DNA of 63,073 bases from a virus (taxonomy: Duplodnaviria > Caudoviricetes): IMG/VR virus record IMGVR_UViG_3300043449_000393, positions 1-63,073 of that record. One strand, given 5' to 3'. Of the stretch, positions 1 through 8,576 are shown piece by piece (position 1 is the first letter of the stretch; each line of letters begins with the position of its first letter). A program made the translations under genes and the position numbers. The notes below the pieces were generated by a model. That model was not told the DNA's origin, did no database searches, and saw only the letters and a program-made list of their open reading frames with translations.

Positions 1-898
1 AGTATGTGTCAGCAACGCTGGCGATGTTGAGGTCGACGGCGCTCGTTACCAAGACTCGGTCCACGGTGTCCATGAACGAGACAATGTCGAACACCCGTTT
101 GTGCAGCGATACCGTGCTTGCGTCGGAGAATCCTTGCGTAGCGTCAAACTTGTTCAGGCTCGGTGTCAGTCGTGGACTATCCGTCTGGGAAAACTCGTCA
201 AAAATAGGAGCCTTGGTGAACTGCACGTACTTGCGTTCCAGCGCGTATGGCGTGTCCGCAAGCTGCTTGTCTACGTCGCGCCGCAGCGTGTCACTGGTGA
301 ACGCCATGTTCATGATGTTTTTCATGAACTGGTACAGCGATCCGTCGGTTGACTCGAACGAGTCGTTCATGGCAACGCCATCGCCGAACGTCTTTTTCAG
401 AACCCGCATGGGTTCGTCCGACAACTCTAAGGTGTCCACGAGCAGCCTAGCGAAATCGATCGCTCGCAGCTCCGAGAGCACAAGTGTCTCCTCGGCGTAC
501 TTTGCAACAGCGCGTGTAAGGGCATCCGTGACAGCTTGGGTGTCTGCCGCAGTTTTTGTCAGTGAAAGCGCTACATAGCTAAACGCAGTCGTTTCATCCG
601 CAAGAGCCTTGTCTACGACTAACGCCGTCGCGTCCACCATCGCCTGAATGTCTGCGATGTACCGGAAGCGCCCGGTCTCGTCTATAAAGGCGTCAAACGC
701 CAGTTCCTCGTAGATAGCCGAAGCAAGCGCGGTAGCCGATGTGGTCGACACCACCAGCGCAATGTGCGCAACGCTGGCGATCGGTACCTGAACGACTACA
801 CCAGCCGTGGGCTCAACTACAGATATGCTTGCGGAAATACGGGTCGTAGTTACGCTTGCCGACGGCGTCGGTTGAATCGGTTCAACCGTAAGGCGCAT
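1..898 (-). CDS. Partial virion fibre/decoration-like protein; diverged homolog of 59258..60181, runs off the window edge
   Basis: ATG at 898 overlaps the upstream TAA (TAATG); frame appears open to position 1 (MRLTVEPIQPTPSAS...). Shares motifs with the 59258 ORF (IDETGRFRYIAD vs LDELGWYKKVRD; AMNDSFESTDGSLYQFMK vs ALNDGADIGDGSTYAFQK). Confidence 0.75.
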   Translation of the reverse strand, partial: MRLTVEPIQPTPSASVTTTRISASISVVEPTAGVVVQVPIASVAHIALVVSTTSATALASAIYEELAFDAFIDETGRFRYIADIQAMVDATALVVDKALADETTAFSYVALSLTKTAADTQAVTDALTRAVAKYAEETLVLSELRAIDFARLLVDTLELSDEPMRVLKKTFGDGVAMNDSFESTDGSLYQFMKNIMNMAFTSDTLRRDVDKQLADTPYALERKYVQFTKAPIFDEFSQTDSPRLTPSLNKFDATQGFSDASTVSLHKRVFDIVSFMDTVDRVLVTSAVDLNIASVADTY

Positions 899-1230
899 TA
901 GAAGTCCTCACGGACCTTGAACTTCAGCAGCTCGTAGACGGTCTGAACTTGCGAGTCCGGGAACGTGATCTCGATCTCACCCTCGTAATCGCCGGGCTCA
1001 CCCAACAACATTTCGGGGGACGAGGCTGGATAGAACGCGCATTGGCCCGCCAAACCGTCTGTGACAGAGCCGATAACCGTCGCGGTCAGATCGGTGCTTC
1101 CAGCCAGCCTAAACTTCAGTCGTGGCGTTGCGCCAGTGATGTTTACAGCCGAACCGTCTGTGCTATCTGTAATGGTGCAGCGGATCGCTGGGCGGGTATC
1201 GCCCTGAACCAGTTTAATCTTTTCGGCCAT
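898..1230 (-). CDS. Small Ig-like virion protein (BppU N-terminal-like)
   Basis: IKLVQGDTRP...GDYEGEIEITF motif; paralog at 60181..60513. Confidence 0.6.
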   Translation of the reverse strand: MAEKIKLVQGDTRPAIRCTITDSTDGSAVNITGATPRLKFRLAGSTDLTATVIGSVTDGLAGQCAFYPASSPEMLLGEPGDYEGEIEITFPDSQVQTVYELLKFKVREDF

Positions 1231-1238
1231 GGTCTACC

Positions 1239-1898
1239 TCACGCTTTGGGGGTTACGCCAGCAGTGCCGCTGAGTTCAGCGTTCAGTGCGCCAGTGAACG
1301 CGCCGTAGTGCGCCTGCGCACGCTGGGCGTTGCCTGCGAACTCGGTGTCCTTGGTGTAGGCACGGTACAGGATGTAATCGGCCAGCGGGTTGGCATAGAT
1401 GTCAGGAAGGCTGATGTCGCCAGAGATGGCTGTGTACAACGCGCCGTCGGCTGGCTCCGTGATATTCGTTGGGTAAGCAGAGTACACGATCTCAACAGAC
1501 GCGTTTTCCGCCGCTGCAGGGGGATACACGTAGAACACCTTGGGGTCGCGAGGGTCATACATGTAGTGCAGAATCTCGGTCGCACCGGTTTGGTTTTGCC
1601 AGCTGGGTAGCTGCGAGTCCAAGATATTGCGTGTGGTCATACGCACAGCGCGTTGATTGCCGCCCGTGTTGCGTGTGATGTCCAACAGCTTCGATCCATT
1701 GGTGGGTAGCGCCTGCTTCGCACCGGGCACAAGTGCTTTGGTGGCGTTGGTCACCGTAGCGTCGGGGCGCAACATGGCAACTTCACGCTGACCATCGTTG
1801 AGGTAGCGCACCAGCTCGTTGGCAGGCCAACGGATGGAAGTTGTGTCCTGAAGCGTGGTGACAACACGCTGGATGATGGATTGAGCTGTGATTGCCAT
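1239..1898 (-). CDS. Head-tail adaptor / head completion protein
   Basis: RWxxxELxxYLNDGQRE motif, downstream of the capsid gene; paralog at 60523..61182. Confidence 0.65.
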   Translation of the reverse strand: MAITAQSIIQRVVTTLQDTTSIRWPANELVRYLNDGQREVAMLRPDATVTNATKALVPGAKQALPTNGSKLLDITRNTGGNQRAVRMTTRNILDSQLPSWQNQTGATEILHYMYDPRDPKVFYVYPPAAAENASVEIVYSAYPTNITEPADGALYTAISGDISLPDIYANPLADYILYRAYTKDTEFAGNAQRAQAHYGAFTGALNAELSGTAGVTPKA

Positions 1899-1906
1899 GG
1901 TCTACC

Positions 1907-2539
1907 TCAAGCGAAGGGGCGAGTGCGAACGCGCATGGAGCCACGGATCAAGCCGTAGTTGCCCTCGATGCGCGAGCTGATTGTCTGTTTCGCAGCAGAG
2001 TCCAGCAGATATTGCGCCTGTGCGAAGTTTGTGAAAGGCTGGTCTGGAATCTGCATGGCGCGTGCGATTGCGCCAGACACGATGGGGTCGATCCAGATGT
2101 TGTACAAGTCGTCATCCAACTGCGTAGCGTTGCGCGTCGGGCGCAGGTTCACTGCTACGACGACGGTGTATTTACCGTCTGGTGGCGGCGACAACATCAG
2201 AGTGAATGTGTTGTCCGTGCGATCCGAGTAGAAGCCGCGTGGCTGGGCTTGCCCTGTTGGCATGTCGTTGCGGATGGCCTCGAACATGCCGGGGTTGAGC
2301 TCTCTGCCATCAACCGTCACACCCATGATGCGGTTGATTTCGTGGTACTGCGTAGGCGGGTCTAGGTCGTACTGCACCTTGCCCGCTGTGGTCTTGAACG
2401 GGTCAAGGTTCTGACGCAGAGTCAGAGAGCTCTCGGCGAACTCAATCGCCGAGTTAAGCAGAACCTGATCCACCATGGGCTCTGAGCAGCCGGGCAAAAA
2501 CGGCAGGATTCTAGGGTAGAAAGCGCTCAGAGGTTTCAT
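1907..2539 (-). CDS. Head-tail adaptor-like virion protein
   Basis: PFLPGCSEP...AIEFAE motif, structural operon position; paralog at 61191..61823. Confidence 0.6.
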   Translation of the reverse strand: MKPLSAFYPRILPFLPGCSEPMVDQVLLNSAIEFAESSLTLRQNLDPFKTTAGKVQYDLDPPTQYHEINRIMGVTVDGRELNPGMFEAIRNDMPTGQAQPRGFYSDRTDNTFTLMLSPPPDGKYTVVVAVNLRPTRNATQLDDDLYNIWIDPIVSGAIARAMQIPDQPFTNFAQAQYLLDSAAKQTISSRIEGNYGLIRGSMRVRTRPFA

Positions 2540-2550
2540 GGTGGGCTACC

Positions 2551-2826
2551 TTATTCAGCAGCAGGGGCTTGCTCTTCTGCGGGGACTTCCGCAGGTGTGT
2601 CGGCGGATTCTACCGCAGGTGCCGCCTTTTTGCGAGTTTTCGGTGCAGCTGCTTCTGCGGCTGCCATGTTGGAGTGCAGGTTGGCCAACTCTTGACCTTG
2701 CTCCGTCAGAGCCCAGTCAGTGCCTTCCATGCGGGCGATAACGGTGATCTCACCGTTTACCATTGCGCGGATTTTGTGGCCGAGGATTTCGCCGCCGAGG
2801 CGAGCCATGAGATCAAGTGCGTTCAT
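2551..2826 (-). CDS. Hypothetical protein following the major capsid gene
   Basis: GGAG SD; conserved paralog at 61835..62110. Confidence 0.75.
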   Translation of the reverse strand: MNALDLMARLGGEILGHKIRAMVNGEITVIARMEGTDWALTEQGQELANLHSNMAAAEAAAPKTRKKAAPAVESADTPAEVPAEEQAPAAE

Positions 2827-2842
2827 TTATGTGCTCCAGAAA

Positions 2843-2869
2843 TAAAAAGGGGCCCCGGAGGGCCCCTTT
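2843..2869 (-). terminator. Rho-independent terminator after the major capsid gene
   Basis: Minus strand GGGGCCC-TCCG-GGGCCCC followed by a T run. Confidence 0.8.
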
Positions 2870-2882
2870 ACTGTATCACCGA

Positions 2883-3890
2883 TCAGGAGGCAGAGCCAAC
2901 TTGAGCGACGACCAAGGCTTGAGGTTTCACAACCTTGCGGCCATACACAGCCAGACCACGGACGATGTCGCCGAAGTCAGTCTGGTTACGCAGAGGCTCA
3001 GTCTTGTTGATGGTCATGGCGAAAGACGTAGCAGCCTTTGTACCAGCGATCATCGTACGACGTGCCTTAGCACCAGACACAGCGCCGCCTGTGGAAGTAG
3101 CGGACAAGCCAGCCACCAGAGCCTTACCGGCTTCGCCTTTTGGCAGCAGGTTCGACACGTACACAGAGAAGCGATCCAACATACCGATCTTGCCGGTACG
3201 GATGGTGCTGGACTGGTCGCCAGTGAAGTACGCCTGAGCGATGCTAGATTGCATCAACAGGTGACGATCGTAGGGCGACAAGATCAAGAAGCGACCTTCT
3301 TCAGGCACGTTCTGCTCGTCCAGCACGGTGGACATGCGCAAGATGGCCTTGAGCACGTTCTCGGGAGTGGCTTGGTCGATAGGGGTGGTGTCTGTACCCA
3401 AGTTGTAGGCAGCAGAGATAGCACCGGCAGTAGCGCCTTCGTTGGCAGCGGCAGGGCCTTCGGTCACGAAGCTGTTGAAGAACACTTCGTTTTCGATGGC
3501 GATCTTCAGTTGCTTGGCAGCGTCTTCGGTGAACATGTTCATCAAAGCGATGTCAGACTGATAAGCCAGCACGTCGTTGACTTGCACGCCGAAATACTTG
3601 CCCTTGTTCACTTGCATATCTTGGAAGATAGGAGTGGGGACTTCGTAGGACAGGCTTTGGCCAACGGTGTAGTCGCTGATGCTGATCGAAGGAGCCAAGC
3701 GGATGCGAACGGTGTCGCCTTGGTTCTTCAACTCGCCTTCGTAGTCAGTGTTAGTGACTTCGGACAGCATGGTGTTCTGGTAGAACTTGGCCAGCAGCTT
3801 GCCAGACCACAGGGTCGGGATAAAAGCGCCAGAGTACGAAGGGTTGGTGTCAAATGCACCAGAGCCCGTGACAGGATAAACAGCAGCCAT
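2883..3890 (-). CDS. Major capsid protein (P22 coat-like, HK97 fold)
   Basis: FIPTLWSGKLL, NTDYEGELKNQGDTVRI and DIVRGLAVYGRKVVKP motifs; follows the scaffold gene; followed by a terminator. Confidence 0.92.
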   Translation of the reverse strand: MAAVYPVTGSGAFDTNPSYSGAFIPTLWSGKLLAKFYQNTMLSEVTNTDYEGELKNQGDTVRIRLAPSISISDYTVGQSLSYEVPTPIFQDMQVNKGKYFGVQVNDVLAYQSDIALMNMFTEDAAKQLKIAIENEVFFNSFVTEGPAAANEGATAGAISAAYNLGTDTTPIDQATPENVLKAILRMSTVLDEQNVPEEGRFLILSPYDRHLLMQSSIAQAYFTGDQSSTIRTGKIGMLDRFSVYVSNLLPKGEAGKALVAGLSATSTGGAVSGAKARRTMIAGTKAATSFAMTINKTEPLRNQTDFGDIVRGLAVYGRKVVKPQALVVAQVGSAS

Positions 3891-3941
3891 TTTGGCCTCC
3901 TAAATTAAAACAGGTTGGGTAGTAGACCTGCTTCCAGAGAA

Positions 3942-4886
3942 TTACGCGGTGACGCGTCCTTCCTTGTAAGCCAAGTCGATTTCAGCTTCAAGTTTACGTG
4001 CCTCGTCGTGTTGCTGTCTGGACCCCAACTCCACAGCCTTTTTGAACATGTTTTGGATGTCCCGGTCTGAGTAGATTTTGCCTTTTGGAGAGGCAACAGG
4101 GGCGCTAGAAGCGCTTCGACTTGGCTGGACTTGACGAGCGATCTCTTCGGCCTTGCTGTTCGTAGGCTCCACAGCGGGTGCAAGCGTCTGCTTGAACAAA
4201 CCGATGTAGTGTGCGATACCTTCAGCGTCGCCACGGTTGAACGCTTCCTGCGCAACAGCGATTCGTGGACCACGGAGCAGCGGATCAACTTCGTTCAGCC
4301 AAGCGATCCACTTGGGATCGACATTGACATCCTGAAAGTCGGGCACCAGACGGTGCAACCGCTGTTCAAACGAGGCTTCGGACACTTTGGAGCCGGTGGC
4401 GTTCAACTGCTCGCGCAGCTGTTCGTTCTCGGCTTTCATGGCGTCCAGTTCACCACGAAACTCTGCTGCCACTTCGCGGGCAACCTTGCGTTGGACTTCA
4501 ATCAAGTCCGAGCCGAATGCTTCAACGTCAGCATCCGTGACCAACTTCTCTGCCTTGACAGGCTTGGGCTCAGCCTTCGGTGCTTCAGCGGCCTTACGGA
4601 GAGACTCCATCTGGCTCTTGAGCTCACGAATGTCTGAGTGCAAGCGAGGCACTTCGGCGTCGTACATGCCCTTGAGGGTTTTGTACTTCTGCTGCCACGT
4701 CTCTTCTGCGACGACAGGTTCCGTCGGTTCTAGCTTTGGCTCAACAGGTGTAGGCTCAGCAGGTGCAGGAGCTGGTTCAGGGGTGGGCTCTGCTGGCTTT
4801 GGATCAGGGTTCTGGCCCGCTGCTAGCTGCTTCTCTAACGCTTCAACTGCGTCTATCTGGTCTTGAACTTGTTTTGGCAATGCCAT
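3942..4886 (-). CDS. Capsid scaffolding protein
   Basis: Acidic, Pro-rich coiled coil directly upstream of the capsid gene; C-terminal EIDLAYKEGRV. Confidence 0.8.
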   Translation of the reverse strand: MALPKQVQDQIDAVEALEKQLAAGQNPDPKPAEPTPEPAPAPAEPTPVEPKLEPTEPVVAEETWQQKYKTLKGMYDAEVPRLHSDIRELKSQMESLRKAAEAPKAEPKPVKAEKLVTDADVEAFGSDLIEVQRKVAREVAAEFRGELDAMKAENEQLREQLNATGSKVSEASFEQRLHRLVPDFQDVNVDPKWIAWLNEVDPLLRGPRIAVAQEAFNRGDAEGIAHYIGLFKQTLAPAVEPTNSKAEEIARQVQPSRSASSAPVASPKGKIYSDRDIQNMFKKAVELGSRQQHDEARKLEAEIDLAYKEGRVTA

Positions 4887-4973
4887 TTGGTGTTTCCTTT
4901 TAGCTCCAACTCTGCTTCAGGCTCCTGCTGCGGTCTGCCCTGCACATAATGGTTTGCTTCGGATAAAAACCGG

Positions 4974-5219
4974 TCAGTTTCCCAACCGGGCGAGAATCTC
5001 GGGCGATTTTTCAACCGCTTCGAGAAAATCTGTTAAGACCTCGGCCCGACCTTGGAGACGATGGATGCGGGTCATGTCTTCGGCTTGCACCAGAGAAGTT
5101 TTCACTTCTTCCAGCTTGGCCCTGAACAAATCCAGCAGCGCTTCGTTTTCAGGATGCTTACAGCGATACAACGCTTGTATATGCTTCCGGTCAGGCTTTT
5201 GGCCTACAAAAATCTTCAT
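4974..5219 (-). CDS. Small conserved head-region protein
   Basis: IHRLQGRA motif, located between portal and scaffold. Confidence 0.65.
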   Translation of the reverse strand: MKIFVGQKPDRKHIQALYRCKHPENEALLDLFRAKLEEVKTSLVQAEDMTRIHRLQGRAEVLTDFLEAVEKSPEILARLGN

Positions 5220-5225
5220 GTGCGA

Positions 5226-5256
5226 ATTCTATACCCAGATACTAGGTACGTGTCAA
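5226..5256 (-). promoter_or_regulatory. Putative sigma70 promoter for the scaffold/capsid unit
   Basis: TTGACA at 5256-5251; TATAGA with a 17-nt spacer or TAGAAT with a 19-nt spacer. Confidence 0.45.
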
Positions 5257-5627
5257 GATAGGTTCTCTAATTTGTACAAAGTCGAATCCATTTGGGCCAC
5301 GATTTCGTCAATCAGGTTCTGCAACTCGCTGTGATCGCACATGCCATCACGGTTCTCGTCGATGTAGCGGCGCAGGCCGCGAATCATTTGAATCGGGTCG
5401 GACTCAGTTTTGTATGGCAACTCAGGGTAATCCAGAATGCCGTAGCGACCTTGCGTGGCCTCGGCCAGTGAGTCGGTCAGCTCGACAATGCTGTCATAGA
5501 ACTCGTTGAGCGCCACGTGCGCGGCGTAACTGCGCGTGCGCAGGTGCTGAACATGAGCGTTTGTACGAGCGTGGAAGAGCTGCATGATCAATGCAGCGAT
5601 GGTGGGGGTGGCTGAAATGCCCTTCAT
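5253..5627 (-). CDS. Ferritin/Dps-like four-helix bundle protein (DUF5856-like)
   Basis: HxxHL...YAAHVALNEFYD...DSLAE and LIDEI...TLYKL pattern. Confidence 0.7.
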   Translation of the reverse strand: MKGISATPTIAALIMQLFHARTNAHVQHLRTRSYAAHVALNEFYDSIVELTDSLAEATQGRYGILDYPELPYKTESDPIQMIRGLRRYIDENRDGMCDHSELQNLIDEIVAQMDSTLYKLENLS

Positions 5628-5628
5628 A

Positions 5629-7716
5629 TTAAGCTCCGTTCGGACGTGATGACATCATGTTGCCTTCACGACCGCCGACTTGGCTGCCGTCAGGAAGCAT
5701 GTTTTTTGGTGCAGGGCCCTGCGTCATGCCGGGCATTGGTTTGCCGTCTGGGCCGATGCCGGTGATGGCCTGCAGTTGTTGTTGTAGCTGCGCAATCATC
5801 TGTTGCTGCTGCTCCATGGTGCTCATCTGCTTACGGTCGGGGACGATGCGGTCCACGTTGCCGCTCAGATGCTTGGCTTGGCCGCGCAGCAGTTCCGCTG
5901 CACCATCCATACCGACGATCTGCTGAGCCACTGGGCTATTGAGCACGACCTGCAGGAACTCGTTGCGGCGGACAGCTTCAGCTTCCTTCACAACCAGCGA
6001 GCTTGCGCCTTTGGCCACGATGCTCACGTCACCGACCAAGTCTGGATCGTCGCTGTAGCGCAAATTGTCTTGGTACAGGCGCTCGATGGCCGGTGTGATC
6101 ACATCGTGGTCGATGTTGCTGATCACCTGCTTGATGCCCTTGCCAGCGTTGCTGATCAGCATGGACAGGCCAGACGACGTACGGCCAGCGCCCGGGGTGT
6201 TCTCGCCAGTCATGTAGCGAGGGATCATGGTGTCTTCGTCAGCGCGAGCGCTGAACTTCTCGAACACGGTCAGGAGTTCCTGTGCGTTGCTGGTGGGCTG
6301 GAAGAAACTGAGCGGAGCGCTGTTGTCGCCCACGTCAGACGCAGTGAACTGCCAGATTTTCCATGGGTGCATGTCCGTGATGTCCTCGCCGGACGGCAAG
6401 CGGCTCACGTTCACACCGACCTGTGGGCCAGAGCTGATACCCATGTTGTTGGCCAGAGCACGGGCCGAGGCGTTCACCATCGACTGCGCGTCACGGCACA
6501 GGTCAGTCACGCCCTTGCCATCCACGGAGCCGGGCAGGTTCTCGTAGCTCGACAAGTAGTACGGCTTGCGGCCCAGCGGGTCGTAGTTGAGCACAGCGCG
6601 AATTACGGTCGATCCAATGAGCCACACCTCGCATGGGTAAGTCAGGTCTGGGTCAGGAATCTCTTTCTTCGTCAGGCCCCACTCGATGAGCAGACTGCCC
6701 TTGACCGAGTCCCACAGCTGGATGGCGTCTACCAGATCACCGGAGATGACCGCGTCGGTGGTGTACTTGCCCTCGGCCTGCGCCTTGGATGAGTCAGTCC
6801 ACAGCCACTGCTTCATACCCATTGTACCAAAGTCGTTGAGCACCGTGCGGATGGCGTCGTTGTTGTAGCCGGGCACGTCGATCAAGGCTTGCAGAGCTTC
6901 CGCAGTCATGCGGTGGCGCTCGATAACATAGCCGTCGCCGAGATTCCAAGACCAAGCGGCCCAGTAAAGCATGAACGGATCAACGCGCTCCCACTCGTTG
7001 CGCACGGTTTCAATCGGGACGAGCTTGCCGTTTTGCCACTGCAGCGTCTTTCGCTTGCGCTTGATGGGGCCCTTCATGACAGCAAAAGGGAAGGTGACGA
7101 TGTCGTCGAGGAACTCGTTGAACGCTTTGTACCAGCCGCCCTCGGCCAACTGGTCTTCCATCTTGCGTTCCATGCGCTCAACTCGCTCAGCGGACTCTTC
7201 CTTGAGCATGCGATCGGCTTCGTCTTTCATCTGCTGAGCGATGACTCGCAGCTGCTCCTGCGAGGGCGGAACACCCCCCATCTCAAGGTACTGCATCAGT
7301 TGCTGCATCAGGTCTTGCTGCAGACCCTGCAAAATCTCAGGCGGCATCTCCGGGTTGGGTGTGCCAGCGATGCTCCATGGCTTGTCAGCGCCTGAGCCCA
7401 GCAGTGTGTCGCGCAGCCAGCTGGTAGCGGCCCGGCACTTCACCGACGTCAGGTTCACAAAGATGTCGGAGCCACCTTGCTCGTTGATCTCGGCCAGCTT
7501 CTCGGGGTCGTACTCGCCATTGCGTTGGCGCAGACACTGCAGCATGCGTTCTTCCAGCTTGCGCTTGGCGATGCGGGCGCTGTCCCAGCGTTCGCGGACG
7601 TGCGCGGCCAGCCCTTGGATCACGGGCTGATTCTGCATTTCATCACTGCGACGTTTGGACTCAGCCTCCAGATCAGAAGCACGAGCGACGGGAATAAGGG
7701 CGATGCCTGTGGCCAT
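5629..7716 (-). CDS. Portal protein (podovirus type)
   Basis: 695 aa, near terminase; ARALANNMGISSGPQ and GAGRTSSGLSML motifs; Q-rich tail. Confidence 0.88.
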   Translation of the reverse strand: MATGIALIPVARASDLEAESKRRSDEMQNQPVIQGLAAHVRERWDSARIAKRKLEERMLQCLRQRNGEYDPEKLAEINEQGGSDIFVNLTSVKCRAATSWLRDTLLGSGADKPWSIAGTPNPEMPPEILQGLQQDLMQQLMQYLEMGGVPPSQEQLRVIAQQMKDEADRMLKEESAERVERMERKMEDQLAEGGWYKAFNEFLDDIVTFPFAVMKGPIKRKRKTLQWQNGKLVPIETVRNEWERVDPFMLYWAAWSWNLGDGYVIERHRMTAEALQALIDVPGYNNDAIRTVLNDFGTMGMKQWLWTDSSKAQAEGKYTTDAVISGDLVDAIQLWDSVKGSLLIEWGLTKKEIPDPDLTYPCEVWLIGSTVIRAVLNYDPLGRKPYYLSSYENLPGSVDGKGVTDLCRDAQSMVNASARALANNMGISSGPQVGVNVSRLPSGEDITDMHPWKIWQFTASDVGDNSAPLSFFQPTSNAQELLTVFEKFSARADEDTMIPRYMTGENTPGAGRTSSGLSMLISNAGKGIKQVISNIDHDVITPAIERLYQDNLRYSDDPDLVGDVSIVAKGASSLVVKEAEAVRRNEFLQVVLNSPVAQQIVGMDGAAELLRGQAKHLSGNVDRIVPDRKQMSTMEQQQQMIAQLQQQLQAITGIGPDGKPMPGMTQGPAPKNMLPDGSQVGGREGNMMSSRPNGA

Positions 7717-7719
7717 AAT

Positions 7720-8526
7720 TTAGTTCCAAGGTGTTCCGGGGGCGGATGAGTTTGGTCCAGCAATCAACAAGAGTACAAACATTGACGAACAACCGTTATT
7801 GTTCGCGCTTGCTACGGCAGTTGCCTCAACGTCAGTCTTCTCTGGTATTGCAGTTGGAAACTCAAACGCGTAATCAGCCACGCCGTTGTTCAGCGTAGTG
7901 ATCGCAGCAGTGCGGCGTATACCATCTGGTCCGGCTGTCAGCAAACGACCTTGAACTTGCGTAGTCCCGCTGGGCTGACCTGTAGAAAACAAACCCTGCA
8001 TCAAATACGCTGTGTGCCCTGCGGGGACTGTGTAGTGCCCGGTCACTGTGTCGTTGTAGTTGAACTTGATGAGGTCATACACCGTCGCTGGAACCCCAGC
8101 TGTGACGGTGCCAGTGCCGATGTATATGTCGCCTGCTGCACTCTGGCCTGAGCCTGCAGTCGCAACCGCAGCGTAGTTGATCCGCAGGTAGCTGTTAGCA
8201 GTCGTCACGGCTGTCTGGCCGTTCAGTGTTACCACCTCAGAAATCTCGTTATAGCTGGCGTCCAAGCCTTGGATCAAGACTGTGCAAGCCCCCGTGCCAG
8301 CGCTCGTATCGGCAGCGTTGGATGAGCTGACCTTCATCTGAAGTGCAGCCGCTGGGTGTGGGACAAGGCCAGTGTGCGGCCAAACTGTGACTTCAGTCTG
8401 GTCAACGTCAGGGTTAAAGCCGAAGACGGTTACGCTGCGGTGGCCGGGAATCTGTCCCCTAGCAACCTGCAGGGCAAAATCCTCATGGCGGCGTTCAGAG
8501 GTAATCGACGGGTAGAAAAAAGACAT
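7720..8526 (-). CDS. Hypothetical beta-rich protein between terminase and portal
   Basis: GGAG SD and own promoter; LQVARGQIPGH...FGFNPDVD motif; T/G/A-rich. Confidence 0.7.
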   Translation of the reverse strand: MSFFYPSITSERRHEDFALQVARGQIPGHRSVTVFGFNPDVDQTEVTVWPHTGLVPHPAAALQMKVSSSNAADTSAGTGACTVLIQGLDASYNEISEVVTLNGQTAVTTANSYLRINYAAVATAGSGQSAAGDIYIGTGTVTAGVPATVYDLIKFNYNDTVTGHYTVPAGHTAYLMQGLFSTGQPSGTTQVQGRLLTAGPDGIRRTAAITTLNNGVADYAFEFPTAIPEKTDVEATAVASANNNGCSSMFVLLLIAGPNSSAPGTPWN

Positions 8527-8548
8527 GGCTGTCTCCAAGAGTTACCCG

Positions 8549-8576
8549 ATTGTACGCCGACATGTCAAGGGGTCAA
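8549..8576 (-). promoter_or_regulatory. Putative sigma70 promoter
   Basis: TTGACC-N16-TACAAT on the minus strand. Confidence 0.55.

Noticed and set aside
2817-3908. Long antisense ORFs in the track (e.g. 2817..3908 +, 5803..6792 +, 40413..41630 +, 25758..26759 -)
   Set aside because: Shadow frames of GC3-rich genes; no SD or protein-like motifs.
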